Source: Kiritimatiellia bacterium (GTDB lineage: Bacteria; Verrucomicrobiota; Kiritimatiellia; RFP12; UBA1067). Taken from it: DNA of 64,000 nucleotides. Positions 31,570 to 42,471 of the stretch are shown piece after piece (within the stretch, counting starts at the first letter, position 1; every line of letters begins with the position of its first letter). The notes under the pieces are model-generated. The model did not search any database and was not told the origin of the DNA. It was given only the letters and a program-made list of their open reading frames with translations. Position numbers and translations under genes: made by a program. The stretch spans positions 416,001 through 480,000 of the forward strand of contig JBMNFY010000017.1 of the NCBI GenBank assembly GCA_050949565.1, written 5' to 3'.

Positions 31570-33804
31570 TCACGGTTGCGGTTGAGCACCGCGACCGCGC
31601 CCGATACGCTCAAGCGGGATACGCTTGAACCAAGGCGCCAGTTTCCGGAACACCTCGCTCTCCTGTACCTTGAATCCGGTCTGATCAGGTTCGTTACTAT
31701 CCGGCAAGGTCTCCGTCATGAATGCAACACGCTGCCGCCCTTCCTCGCTCTGAGGGAAGGTCTCGGCGTCCTTCGCATGAACCGCCCCGAACACGAGGTT
31801 GTCGCGGAACGTCAAGCGCGGCACCGCCGTCTCCTTGACCGTTCCGTGCATTTGCAAGAAGCGCGGACAGTTGATCGCCACATTCTTTTCAAACACGTTG
31901 TGCAACGGCAACTTCGGTTCATCCTCCATGATGTTCACCAGATGCGGATAACGATCCTTCCACGGCGACTCCTGCCAGTTGACCGCCTCCAGTTTGGCCG
32001 ACAGATCCCAGCCGTCCTTGGTCCCCTCGCCCGGACGTGCCCGTTTCAGGCCGCGGTCGTCAAGATGCAGCGCGGAGGTGCACTCGATAAAGAGATTGTT
32101 GCGGATCGTGTTGTAGCGCCCGCCACCGACAAACGCCGACCAGCCGGTACGGAAAAACAGGTTGTCGCAGACCGTTTCACCGCTATCGCAGTCATCCAGA
32201 TAGACACCCATGACCATCACGCTCTCTTTGAGCGGCTCATAGTCTGGCGACAACCCCTGCGCTTTCTGCCACGCCACCCCCGGCTGTCCGAAGTGGTGGA
32301 AATAATTGCAGCGGATGACCGTCCCCTGCGACCCCCAGTCGCGCCCCGTGTAGAGACCGCCGCCGTCACCGCTCTCCATCATCGCCGAGTGGACCTCGTT
32401 ATACTCGAACACATGGTCATTGCCACCGTATGCGACCGCGATGTAGGGCGAATCGTGAATCAGATTGTGCGCGATGCGCACGCCGACCCCATGAAAAACC
32501 AAGCACTTCCCCTGCGTGCGCTGCAACCGTCCGCAATGGTGCAGGTGGCAGTTCGTAACGAAATGACCGCAACCGACCAGCGTCTTCCTGTCGCCGCCGC
32601 TGACCATCACACATGTGCCGCCCGTGCCGTAGACCTCACACCCGTCCAACCCGCAGTTACGTCCGCCACCGACGTTGATGCCGTCGATCGTGATATGCGT
32701 CACGCGCAACCCTTTCAGCAGCACGTTCTCGCACCCTTCAACCGAAACCGCACGCCCGGTGCTGAAGGCGAACTGAAGCCCTTCCAGCCTGACATGGGCC
32801 GTCTTGACCAGATGGATCAACGGTTTTTTCTGCACCGCCAAAACCACGGCATCAACCGCGCCGTCCGGCGGATAAAAATAGAGCATACGGTTTTCCCGAT
32901 CCACATACCATTCGCCCGGCGCGTCGAGTTCTTCGAGCAGATTGAAAACATAATAACGGCGTTTGGCCGTATGCCATTTGGACGAGTTGCCGATGCCGTA
33001 CGTGTGGATACCTGCCGAAGTGATCCAGCGCTTGGCGGTGTCGATCGCGCCGATCTTGAGCGTCTCGTTGGCCCAGTCATGACACCAGAAGCCGTTCATC
33101 CATACCCCTTTGTCGACGCGCCAACGTGACGGCGCGTCACCCTCATATTCGAACGTGCCGCCTTTGTAGCCATGCTCCCATTCACCGGTCGCCTTGTCGA
33201 CCGGCTTGACGCCGCGATCAATGACCTTGACGATCTCCATCCAGCCGGTATTCGGCCAACGTGCCAGACGCATCGCCTTGCCGCCGCTGAAGAGCTCCAT
33301 CTCGCGCCAGCCGCTGAACTTGTCCGGCAGGGGCTCCAAGGCTTCCACCCCCACACTTGCGAGGTCAAACACCACGACATGGTCGCGTGCGGCCTCGGGC
33401 AAGCGGGCGCGCGTCTCGGCGTCCGTCACCTTGCGGAATCCCGTCGGCGGCAACGCATAACCGCCCGTGACCATAGCCCCGCTCGCGCCGGCCCGGACCA
33501 CCACCGGCGCATCAGGCCCAGTACCGCCATCTTGCGCTTCCAGCACCAAGTTTTGGGTCGCCAGCGAAAAGTTGCCGGACACCTCGATGACCACGCCCCG
33601 CTCTGGAAAAGCATCCGCCTTTTTCAGGGCGCGCACGGCGTCGCGCGCCCGCGCCAGCGATGCAAACGGCTTCGCTTTCGATCCGTCATGAAGATCATTA
33701 CCGCGTTGCGCATCCACGTACAGCAACTGCTGCGCCTGACAAGTCATCGCTGCGAACATCGCCAGCGCACTGGCCGCCACTACTCGCATCACCCTCTTAT
33801 CCAT
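31570..33804 (-). CDS. Secreted right-handed parallel beta-helix protein (GH141-like)
   Basis: Signal peptide, GND..DGS.AKPFASL.RARDAVR, LARWPN, NLLEELDAPGEWY, ESGDGGGLY.GRDW, GVYLDD. Confidence 0.85.
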   Translation of the reverse strand: MDKRVMRVVAASALAMFAAMTCQAQQLLYVDAQRGNDLHDGSKAKPFASLARARDAVRALKKADAFPERGVVIEVSGNFSLATQNLVLEAQDGGTGPDAPVVVRAGASGAMVTGGYALPPTGFRKVTDAETRARLPEAARDHVVVFDLASVGVEALEPLPDKFSGWREMELFSGGKAMRLARWPNTGWMEIVKVIDRGVKPVDKATGEWEHGYKGGTFEYEGDAPSRWRVDKGVWMNGFWCHDWANETLKIGAIDTAKRWITSAGIHTYGIGNSSKWHTAKRRYYVFNLLEELDAPGEWYVDRENRMLYFYPPDGAVDAVVLAVQKKPLIHLVKTAHVRLEGLQFAFSTGRAVSVEGCENVLLKGLRVTHITIDGINVGGGRNCGLDGCEVYGTGGTCVMVSGGDRKTLVGCGHFVTNCHLHHCGRLQRTQGKCLVFHGVGVRIAHNLIHDSPYIAVAYGGNDHVFEYNEVHSAMMESGDGGGLYTGRDWGSQGTVIRCNYFHHFGQPGVAWQKAQGLSPDYEPLKESVMVMGVYLDDCDSGETVCDNLFFRTGWSAFVGGGRYNTIRNNLFIECTSALHLDDRGLKRARPGEGTKDGWDLSAKLEAVNWQESPWKDRYPHLVNIMEDEPKLPLHNVFEKNVAINCPRFLQMHGTVKETAVPRLTFRDNLVFGAVHAKDAETFPQSEEGRQRVAFMTETLPDSNEPDQTGFKVQESEVFRKLAPWFKRIPLERIGRGRGAQPQP

Positions 33805-33895
33805 GCTCCCCCCTTTGCTACCGTCCCCGGCTCGTCACTTACCGACACCGGTATTGTTAGCACAAAGGGCCGCAGATAGCGAGTGGGTATTGACC

Positions 33896-36800
33896 CTATC
33901 TAACAAAGATGAGCAATCCCGCGACATGCCAGGGGATCTCATCCGCAGCGAAACCGATCTCGCCCATCGGGGTGAGATCGTGCTTGTCCGCGCCGTTCGC
34001 CACGCCGTCCAAAAGCCCCGCTGCCCCGCCGTCAAGCGACCAGCAGCCGATGAGTCCCGCCTCCGTTCCGCTCACGGGATGGCTGCGTGTGCACGCGACC
34101 TCCTGCTCGGTGATGGCGCGATTCCACAGCGTCGCGTAGGCAAGCGCGCCCTTCAGCGGGAACTGGTTGTTGCGCATGCCAAGCGTCACGGGGGTGTTCC
34201 ATGTAAGCGAGGGATCGACCATCGCTGCCGGGTCGGTGCAGGCATCCACGACCCTGCCGTCCAGATAGAGACGCGCCACGCCTGCGCCGAGGTCGTACGT
34301 GCAAGCGAGATGGTGCCACTTGCCGTCCGTCCTGAGCGTTTCCGCACTTGTACGCAGGTAGGTCCTCTGGTTCTCCTTGTCGCGGATCTGGACCGAAAGT
34401 GTATAGCGGCCGTCCGCCGTCCGAACGACGTAACAGGCGACCCCCGGCTGATCACCGAGCGCCCCTTGGGAGAAAAGTGTGCCGTATCTCTCCCCGTCCG
34501 CCCCGAATCTCCCGGCATCTGGATTCTTCGTCCAGACGGTGAACGAGAAGTTCGTGAGATTCCAGAAGCAGGTGTTGGCGCTGAGGCCGGCAGACTGGCT
34601 GACGCTCAGGAAATGCGGGATACCCACCTCACCGCCCATCCCGTGCAGGAATGGCGCATCGCCCGCTGACGGGAAAAAGGCCTCGGACACGAGATCGTAG
34701 AGTCCCGACAGACCGTCCGCGATGCGGTAGCACGGCACGAAGTTCCGCAGGAGTTGTCCGTCCTGCCAGATGTAAGCCGCATATAGCTTGCCGGAACCGT
34801 ACTCAGCGGCGGTGCCGCCCGCCCGCATCAACTCAATCGGCGCGGACGAAGTCTGGGTGCGCGAACGCGCGAGCGAAACCTGCTTCACGCCGTTTACGTA
34901 AAAGGCGTCGCCGTGCGAGTCGAGCGTCAACGCCGTCCGGTTCCCAAGGGACGGCACCGCAGTGCCGGACGACCACAAACCGGCGGTATCGACGGCGGGA
35001 TCATACGGGCCGTCCGTGCAGCAGCAGGCCCAGCGGCCGCTGTCGTTGACATAGGTCTCGAAGAAGAGGTCGTCCGCCGTGACGTCCGACGGCTCCGTGG
35101 CGCGCGCGGCAAACACGCGCTGCTGGCCCGTGGCCGAGTGAGGTGTGAATTCCACCGTCACCGTGGTGTTCGAGCCGGCGGTGACACCCGTCGCGATGTG
35201 CTGCGCGCCGGTGGCGATGATGCCGTCCAGTTGCCGGTACGCGGCGGGCAGCGCGGCGTCGTACGTGGTGATGTCATAGGAGAAGTTGCCCGATCCCGCG
35301 TTCGTGAAGAAGCGTCCGCTCACGCGGTCCAGCAAGCCGCCCGCGAGGTCGAAGGCGCGGTAGCACGGCACGAAGTCGCGCACCAGCGTTTGGCCGTCCC
35401 AGATCTTCCACCCGAAGACGCGCATCCCGAAGACGGTGATCGGCGTCACAAGTCCGTCAGAGCCACGCTTACCGAAAATGCACATTGAGTTGACGGAGTG
35501 CGTGGTGGTCTTGGGCAGGGCAGTCATAGTGGTCGGGCCGTATTGAACGGCACCTGTCCCGGCGTTCACGGTGAACGTACTGCGTACGGTGCGCGTGGTG
35601 ATGACCATTTTCCTGATGGCGGCACTCTGGCCATACGTCTTCTCGAACCAGGTGAAAAACACGTCGTTCTGGTCCCACTCCGCGCCGAAATTCATGGAAA
35701 ACTCGGCAAGGCCGTTGTTTTCCGCGCAGCCGAAGGGCGACGTCCCCACTCTGGAACCAGCCGCCCCGGCGAAGAGAAGCTCGGCCTCCATCCGCGTGTT
35801 CGGATTGGGGTAGTACTCCGTGTCAATGTACTGGGTGCCCGAAGACTGGATGTACTCGACCAGACGGTAGGCATTTGACGAGCAGATCAGGAACGGAACT
35901 GAGATCGTATGGCTGGACCAGTCGTTGAGTCCCGTGACCGTGACGGTGGCATAGCCGGCACGGTCGTTTGCCGTATAGGAAAGCTCATAGTCGGTGTCCT
36001 TCACAAGCCGCTGCTCGGTGGCCGGGTCCACCACGACTGGATCAGGCTCACAGGCGTAGACGCCGTCGAAGGTCTGGTCCGGCACAGGCTTAACAAGGAA
36101 CGGGACATCCGTATCCCCGAGAAAACGGATGCGGTCGATCAGCGCGTTACGTTCCAATTCGTACTGCGTGAGGACACGGTCATACACGCGGATCGCGTGG
36201 AGGCGGATGTCCGCGCGGATGTTGCCGAAAAAGACGAAGTTGGTGTTCCAAGCCGTGGTATAGTAGTCGTTCATGTCGATCGTGTTCTGCACGCCGTCCA
36301 TCCGGAGGATGCTCGTTCCCGTGCTGTTGCCGAAAACAACGGAAACGGTGTGCATCTCATCGGCCAGAGCGGCGGGACGCCAGCTCATCAGGCGCAATGT
36401 CGATTTGGACTCGGGGCCGAAGTAGAAAAAGCCGTTCGTTTCGTTAAACCGGTAGCCCACGGTGCCGCGCGGCGTGTTGAAAGCATGCTGGAGATTGTGA
36501 TAATTGTCGGTATAGTACCACTGGGCACGCTGCATCACGACCTCCACGGTGAACGGCGGATCGTTGGTCCCGTGGTTGAGGCCGTTCAACTTGGAAAGTT
36601 CCGGGCGTTTCCCCGTCTTGGAACCATTGATCGCACTATTTGGCAGGTTGGTGATGACGCTGGAGTAGAGGGCGTTGCTCTCCACCGCGACGTAGTCCGG
36701 CAGCCAGCCGTCGTTTGCCTGTCCTGAGAGGTCGCACCAGTTTGTGGCGGCGGGATCGTGGAAACGCACGCCGTTCGTCATCGTGTTGTCGATGCCGTCC

Positions 36801-36963
36801 CAATGCGCCTTCAGCCCTGCCTGCACGTACGCCGTTGATCCTACTGTGTTCGCCGCGCCCGCGAGGCACACCAGCGCCGCGAAACACGCCAGCACGCCTC
36901 TTTTTAAGGGAACGGACAAGAAAGGGTGAACCGGGGCCCGGTGTGAGTCTTCATCAGTGTCAT
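33896..36963 (-). CDS. Exported multi-domain LamG/lectin-like protein; start region possibly frameshifted
   Basis: YVQAGLKAHWDGIDN module, Ig-like DYELSYTANDRAGYATVTVTG, two ...QYIDT/QHIAT...LVRDFVPCYR...GL.D.VS..FF repeats, LamG DGKWHHLACTYD; ends VAGLLIFVR*. The best RBS (GAGGAGG) and ATG 36963 are one base out of frame with the body. Confidence 0.7.
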
Positions 36964-37043
36964 GCTCGCCTCCTCGTAGTCTGTGCTGTTGGACAGCCAA
37001 GTTTTTAACCAGTTTTAAACGATTTCCAATCGAAGACAGTGTG

Positions 37044-37109
37044 AGTATCGCAGAAAAAAGAAATCCTGACTATTGCGTTTTTCAACAAATTGAGTGCGAA
37101 ATCAAACAA
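37044..37109 (-). promoter_or_regulatory. Activator-dependent promoter: extended -10 plus AraC/XylR-like tandem site
   Basis: Minus-strand TGcGATACT (-10 at 37044-37049); 38-bp site 37072-37109 is 34/38 identical to 51893-51930. Confidence 0.65.
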
Positions 37110-37132
37110 TTTACAGCGGAGGGAGAGGTGGC

Positions 37133-37385
37133 ACTGCTCGGGGTTTCTAATCCACAGATTCCACAGATGTTTTTGGAGGGCATTGCTCGGCCTTTGGGAA
37201 ACCACAGAGAACACAGAGGGCACAGAGTTTTTTCGCTCAACTTTAAACGCTCAACGCTCAAGTGGGCGGCGCATGCGCCGCCGGACAGGCCAGACGCTTG
37301 CTCCCGGCGCTCCGCAATGAAACCATCCTTCTGCACAGCGGAAGGCGGCTCGTGGGGACACTCGCCCTCCAACCTTCGCGTCTTC
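37133..37385. repeat. Composite intergenic repeat: linker/triple-repeat modules (minus), heptamer run and REP-like palindromes
   Basis: GGCACTGCTCGG, CCACAGAT x2, GGCATTGCTCGG, CACAGAG x3, CGCTCAA x3, CGGCTCGTGGGGACACTCGCCCTCC. Confidence 0.75.
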
Positions 37386-39449
37386 GCGCCTTCGCGTTAA
37401 ATAAACCCGAACCATGAAACACATGAAACTTCATGAAAATCGGGGGCTCGCCTTGGCGTTCCAAAGAAACCGAGCAATGCCCCCTCAAAAAACCTCTGCG
37501 TCTCTGCGCCTTCGCGTTAAATAAACCCGAACCATGAAACACATGAAACTTCATGAAAATCGGGGGCTCGCCTTGGCGTTCCAAAGAAACCGAGCAATGC
37601 CCCCTCAAAAAACCTCTGCGTCTCTGCGCCTCTGCGTTAAATAAGCCCGAACCATGAAACACATGAAACTTCATGAAAATCGGGGGCTCGCCTTGGCGTT
37701 CCAAAGAAACCGAGCAATGCCCCCTCAAAAAACCTCTGCGTCTCTGCGCCTTCGCGTTAAATAAACCCGAACCATGAAACACATGAAACTTCATGAAAAT
37801 CGGGGGCTCGCCTTGGCGTTCCAAAGAAACCGAGCAATGCCCCCTCAAAAAACCTCTGCGTCTCTGCGCCTCTGCGTTAAATAAGCCCGAACCATGAAAC
37901 ACATGAAACTTCATGAAAATCGGGGGCTCGCCTTGGCGTTCCAAAGAAACCGAGCAATGCCCCCTCAAAAAACCTCTGCGTCTCTGCGCCTCTGCGTTAA
38001 ATAAGCCCGAACCATGAAACACATGAAACTTCATGAAAATCGGGGGCTCGCCTTGGCGTTCCAAAGAAACCGAGCAATGCCCCCTCAAAAAACCTCTGCG
38101 TCTCTGCGCCTCTGCGTTAAATAAGCCCGAACCATGAAACACATGAAACTTCATGAAAATCGGGGGCTCGCCTTGGCGTTCCAAAGAAACCGAGCAATGC
38201 CCCCTCAAAAAACCTCTGCGTCTCTGCGCCTCTGCGTTAAATAAGCCCGAACCATGAAACACATGAAACTTCATGAAAATCGGGGGCTCGCCTTGGCGTT
38301 CCAAAGAAACCGAGCAATGCCCCCTCAAAAAACCTCTGCGTCTCTGCGCCTTCGCGTTAAATAAACCCGAACCATGAAACACATGAAACTTCATGAAAAT
38401 CGGGGGCTCGCCTTGGCGTTCCAAAGAAACCGAGCAATGCCCCCTCAAAAAACCTCTGCGTCTCTGCGCCTCTGCGTTAAATAAGCCCGAACCATGAAAC
38501 ACATGAAACTTCATGAAAATCGGGGGCTCGCCTTGGCGTTCCAAAGAAACCGAGCAATGCCCCCTCAAAAAACCTCTGCGTCTCTGCGCCTCTGCGTTAA
38601 ATAAACCCGAACCATGAAACACATGAAACTTCATGAAAATCGGGGGCTCGCCTTGGCGTTCCAAAGAAACCGAGCAATGCCCCCTCAAAAAACCTCTGCG
38701 TCTCTGCGCCTCTGCGTTAAATAAGCCCGAACCATGAAACACATGAAACTTCATGAAAATCGGGGGCTCGCCTTGGCGTTCCAAAGAAACCGAGCAATGC
38801 CCCCTCAAAAAACCTCTGCGTCTCTGCGCCTTCGCGTTAAATAAACCCGAACCATGAAACACATGAAACTTCATGAAAATCGGGGGCTCGCCTTGGCGTT
38901 CCAAAGAAACCGAGCAATGCCCCCTCAAAAAACCTCTGCGTCTCTGCGCCTCTGCGTTAAATAAGCCCGAACCATGAAACACATGAAACTTCATGAAAAT
39001 CGGGGGCTCGCCTTGGCGTTCCAAAGAAACCGAGCAATGCCCCCTCAAAAAACCTCTGCGTCTCTGCGCCTCTGCGTTAAATAAGCCCGAACCATGAAAC
39101 ACATGAAACTTCATGAAAATCGGGGGCTCGCCTTGGCGTTCCAAAGAAACCGAGCAATGCCCCCTCAAAAAACCTCTGCGTCTCTGCGCCTCTGCGTTAA
39201 ATAAGCCCGAACCATGAAACACATGAAACTTCATGAAAATCGGGGGCTCGCCTTGGCGTTCCAAAGAAACCGAGCAATGCCCCCTCAAAAAACCTCTGCG
39301 TCTCTGCGCCTTCGCGTTAAATAAACCCGAACCATGAAACACATGAAACTTCATGAAAATCGGGGGCTCGCCTTGGCGTTCCAAAGAAACCGAGCAATGC
39401 CCCCTCAAAAAACCTCTGCGTCTCTGCGCCTCTGCGTTAAATAAGCCCG
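37386..39449. repeat. Tandem array of 17 full plus one partial 120-bp units
   Basis: Every second 60-nt line is identical; the only variants are TTCGCG/TCTGCG and ATAAAC/ATAAGC. Confidence 0.99.
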
Positions 39450-39486
39450 CAGCTATGCCCGAAACCAAAGAGCGTTGAAGGCTGTC

Positions 39487-40932
39487 TTACTTGAACAGCG
39501 CCTTGATCGCATCAAGTGTCTTTTCAACAAAGATCTGCCCGCCCTCCGGTCCAACCGGCGTGGACTGCGGCACAGCGCTGTATCCTCCGCCCTTGACCGC
39601 CCGCTCGGAGGGCAGGTAGGAGTGAGTCACATCCGCCGGACTGGCCAGTTGAACCAGCATCGTCTGCCCGGCCGGGCTGCGCCCGTGGATGCGCATCGCA
39701 TAATCTACGAACAGTTCGAACGGGTTTGTCGCCAACGCCAGATCACCCACGCGCAGAACGTGGATTTCAAGCTTGTTGACCGGTTCGCTCTTCTGCTGCG
39801 CCTCATACCGATCCAACGTCCGCTTGTACCAACGTTTGCGGCTGTACACCCCTGGCTCTTTCTCGTCACGCTTGGCGTAGGACTCATATCCCTTTTTTGC
39901 CTCTTCGTACTCTTGGTCGGTCAGCTTGCGTCCGGGCACTTGGAAACGCTCCACGCGGTGGGCAAACGGCACGTCCGTACGCAGGTCGGAACGGATCGCC
40001 TCCCACGTGTCGTCGAACGCCGCCGCGATCCGGCGCCCCAGCTCCTGCTTGCGCGACAGTTTACGCAAACGCTCCATGCGCGCCTCGGCCGCACCGCGCA
40101 GCATGGGACGCGGCACTTGGTCACCCGCAGGCCCGCAGAAGCCCAAGACCACCAGCCCCTCGCCGTACTTCGCCTTCAGGCGCTCACGAACGTGGTGCCA
40201 ATAGTCGGCGCTCACCTCGTGCAAGCCCTCCACCGTTTGGGAGGGACACGGCACCGCCAGCGCCGCCGCTATCAACCGCTTCTCGGAATCCGTGAAGCAC
40301 AGCACGTCCACGGCGTGGTCCTCCCACCCTTCAAGCCCGCGGAAGTTCGGCGTGTTGAGTTTGCCGTACATCACCGCCGAGCCATCGGCATACACCACGC
40401 GCCGGTTGTGTCCGACCACCGCATGTCCCAGCCCCCATGCTACGGCGCCCGGCTTGCGGCCTTCCCAAGCCTTGGCCACCGTATCGGTCAGCCGATCCAG
40501 CATAAACGGTACGTACTCCTTGGGCTGCATGGCCTCGCCATAATCATTAAAGCGCTCTTGATTGGGCGTCGGACCGGTATGCGTGTGCGTGGCCGCCAAA
40601 ACGAGCATATTGGTGTCAAAACCCGGAAGCCTTGCACCTAGGCGCGCTCGCAGGTCACGCTGAATCTCGAACGGAATCGTCACAAAGTCTAGCGCCACGA
40701 GGATCGCCTGACCCACCGACTTGTCCCCCTCACGCGCCTCCAGCGCCAATATCATCGCCATACACGGACTCTCGACCTTTTTCGATATCCGCTGGTGGAA
40801 TTGTCCCGCGAGCGAAACCGGCCGATCCGGTGTGATCGAAACCTCCGCCGCGCCGACCCACAACTCCGCAGCCTGAACGGCTCCCGCCGCCAAGACCGCC
40901 AACACTGCAACACCCTTGCACATCTGTTTCAT
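39487..40932 (-). CDS. Secreted neutral/alkaline-ceramidase-like hydrolase, paralogue 1
   Basis: Signal peptide, G.AEVSITP, ATHTHTGP, NRR, GPAGD, PFELF, YLPS......GGY. Confidence 0.75.
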   Translation of the reverse strand: MKQMCKGVAVLAVLAAGAVQAAELWVGAAEVSITPDRPVSLAGQFHQRISKKVESPCMAMILALEAREGDKSVGQAILVALDFVTIPFEIQRDLRARLGARLPGFDTNMLVLAATHTHTGPTPNQERFNDYGEAMQPKEYVPFMLDRLTDTVAKAWEGRKPGAVAWGLGHAVVGHNRRVVYADGSAVMYGKLNTPNFRGLEGWEDHAVDVLCFTDSEKRLIAAALAVPCPSQTVEGLHEVSADYWHHVRERLKAKYGEGLVVLGFCGPAGDQVPRPMLRGAAEARMERLRKLSRKQELGRRIAAAFDDTWEAIRSDLRTDVPFAHRVERFQVPGRKLTDQEYEEAKKGYESYAKRDEKEPGVYSRKRWYKRTLDRYEAQQKSEPVNKLEIHVLRVGDLALATNPFELFVDYAMRIHGRSPAGQTMLVQLASPADVTHSYLPSERAVKGGGYSAVPQSTPVGPEGGQIFVEKTLDAIKALFK

Positions 40933-40970
40933 TACGCCTCCTTTATTTGATCGTCACAAAAACACGTTTC

Positions 40971-42422
40971 TTACTTTTTGAACAGCGCACCGATAACCTC
41001 CAGCGTGCGCTCCACCAGCACCTGACCACCCTCGGGACCGACCAGACTAGACTCTGGCACGGCGCTGTAACCGCCGCCTTTGACGGCACGCTCCGAAGGC
41101 AGGTAGGTCGATGCATCTACCGGGCTGGCCAACTGAACCAACATGGTCTGGCCGGCCGGGCTGCGCGCCTGAATGCGCATCCCGTAATCCAGATACAACT
41201 CAAACGGGTTGGTGGCGATCGCGAGATCACCCAATCGAATCGCGTGCAGTTCGACAGCATAGCGCTTCGCCCCGTCCTTCGACTGTCCATCGTAACGCTC
41301 CACCGTTCGCTTGTACCAATTTTTACGCGCAGGCTCGCCGCCCACAAGTTTCTCTTTGGCAGCCAGCGCCGCGAGTTGCTGCTTCGCGGTCGCGTACTCT
41401 TGATCGGTGATATTCCTGACGGGCAGATCAAACCGCTCCACGCGGTGCGCAAACACAACATCCGCGCGCACATCACTCTGCACAACCTCCCATGTGGATT
41501 CGTACGCATCGATCACCCTGCGCGCCACCTCCTGACGCCGACTCAATTTACGCATCTGTTCCATGCGCGCCTCGGCAGGCTTGCGCAACATGGGGCGCGG
41601 CACAAGATCGCCAGCCGGACCGCAGAGCCCCAGCACGACAAACTCTTCGCCGAACCGCTGACGCAACCCGTCACGCACATCACCCCAGAAATCCGCGTGG
41701 ACCCGCGACAAGCCCTCGTCGACTTGGGCCGGACACGCCACCGCGATCATCGTTGCCAGCGGCCGCCGGTCGGCATTCAGGAAAAAGACCACATCAACGG
41801 CATGGTCTTCGCCGCCTTCGAGCCCGAGGAACTCCGGTTTAGCCGTCGTCCCATACATCACGGATGAGCCGTCCGCATACATCGCCCTACGGTTCTGACT
41901 GGTCACCGCGTGACCCAGCCCCCACGCCACCGATCCGCGTGCGCGCCCCTCCCACGCTTTCGCCGCCGCTGCCGCCACCCGGTCAAAGAAAAAGGCAACG
42001 TATTCTTCAGGCGGCATCGCGTTACCCAAATCGTCGTACCATCCCTGATCAAGCGCAGGTCCCGTATGCGTGTGCGTAGCGGTCAAGAAGAGCTTCCCGG
42101 TATCAAACCCTTTCAGCCGATCTCCCAAATACGCGCGCAACCGCTGCTGAATGTCCTGCGGCACATAACACACGTCGCAGGCAATCATCATCGCACAATC
42201 GGTCGCCTGACCGTTTTCGCGCGCTTCAATCGCCAGCACATTCGCTTTGCAGCGGCTCAGAACCTGTTTGGGATCGGCCACGCGAACATGGAACTGTCCG
42301 GTCAACGAGACCGGACGATCCGGCGTGATATCGGCTTCCGCCGCACCGATCCACAACTCAGCGGCAACTCCCGCCTTAACGATTCCCACCGCCAGCGCAA
42401 CAAAAGTGATCCATCTCTTCAT
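40971..42422 (-). CDS. Secreted ceramidase-like hydrolase, paralogue 2
   Basis: GAGGAGG RBS; same motifs (ATHTHTGP, NRR, GPAGD, PFELY). Confidence 0.75.
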   Translation of the reverse strand: MKRWITFVALAVGIVKAGVAAELWIGAAEADITPDRPVSLTGQFHVRVADPKQVLSRCKANVLAIEARENGQATDCAMMIACDVCYVPQDIQQRLRAYLGDRLKGFDTGKLFLTATHTHTGPALDQGWYDDLGNAMPPEEYVAFFFDRVAAAAAKAWEGRARGSVAWGLGHAVTSQNRRAMYADGSSVMYGTTAKPEFLGLEGGEDHAVDVVFFLNADRRPLATMIAVACPAQVDEGLSRVHADFWGDVRDGLRQRFGEEFVVLGLCGPAGDLVPRPMLRKPAEARMEQMRKLSRRQEVARRVIDAYESTWEVVQSDVRADVVFAHRVERFDLPVRNITDQEYATAKQQLAALAAKEKLVGGEPARKNWYKRTVERYDGQSKDGAKRYAVELHAIRLGDLAIATNPFELYLDYGMRIQARSPAGQTMLVQLASPVDASTYLPSERAVKGGGYSAVPESSLVGPEGGQVLVERTLEVIGALFKK

Positions 42423-42471
42423 GGCTACCTCCTCAAAAAACCAACGCGGGCGAAGCCCGCGACCCAAGTTA

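Noticed and set aside
37386-39449. CRISPR array
   Set aside because: No unique spacers and no cas genes in the window.
37258-39468. 736-aa ORF of 40-aa repeats
   Set aside because: It follows from a 120-bp unit with one stop-free frame. It has a TTG start without an RBS, and the unit derives from dispersed non-coding modules. Not excluded without proteomics.
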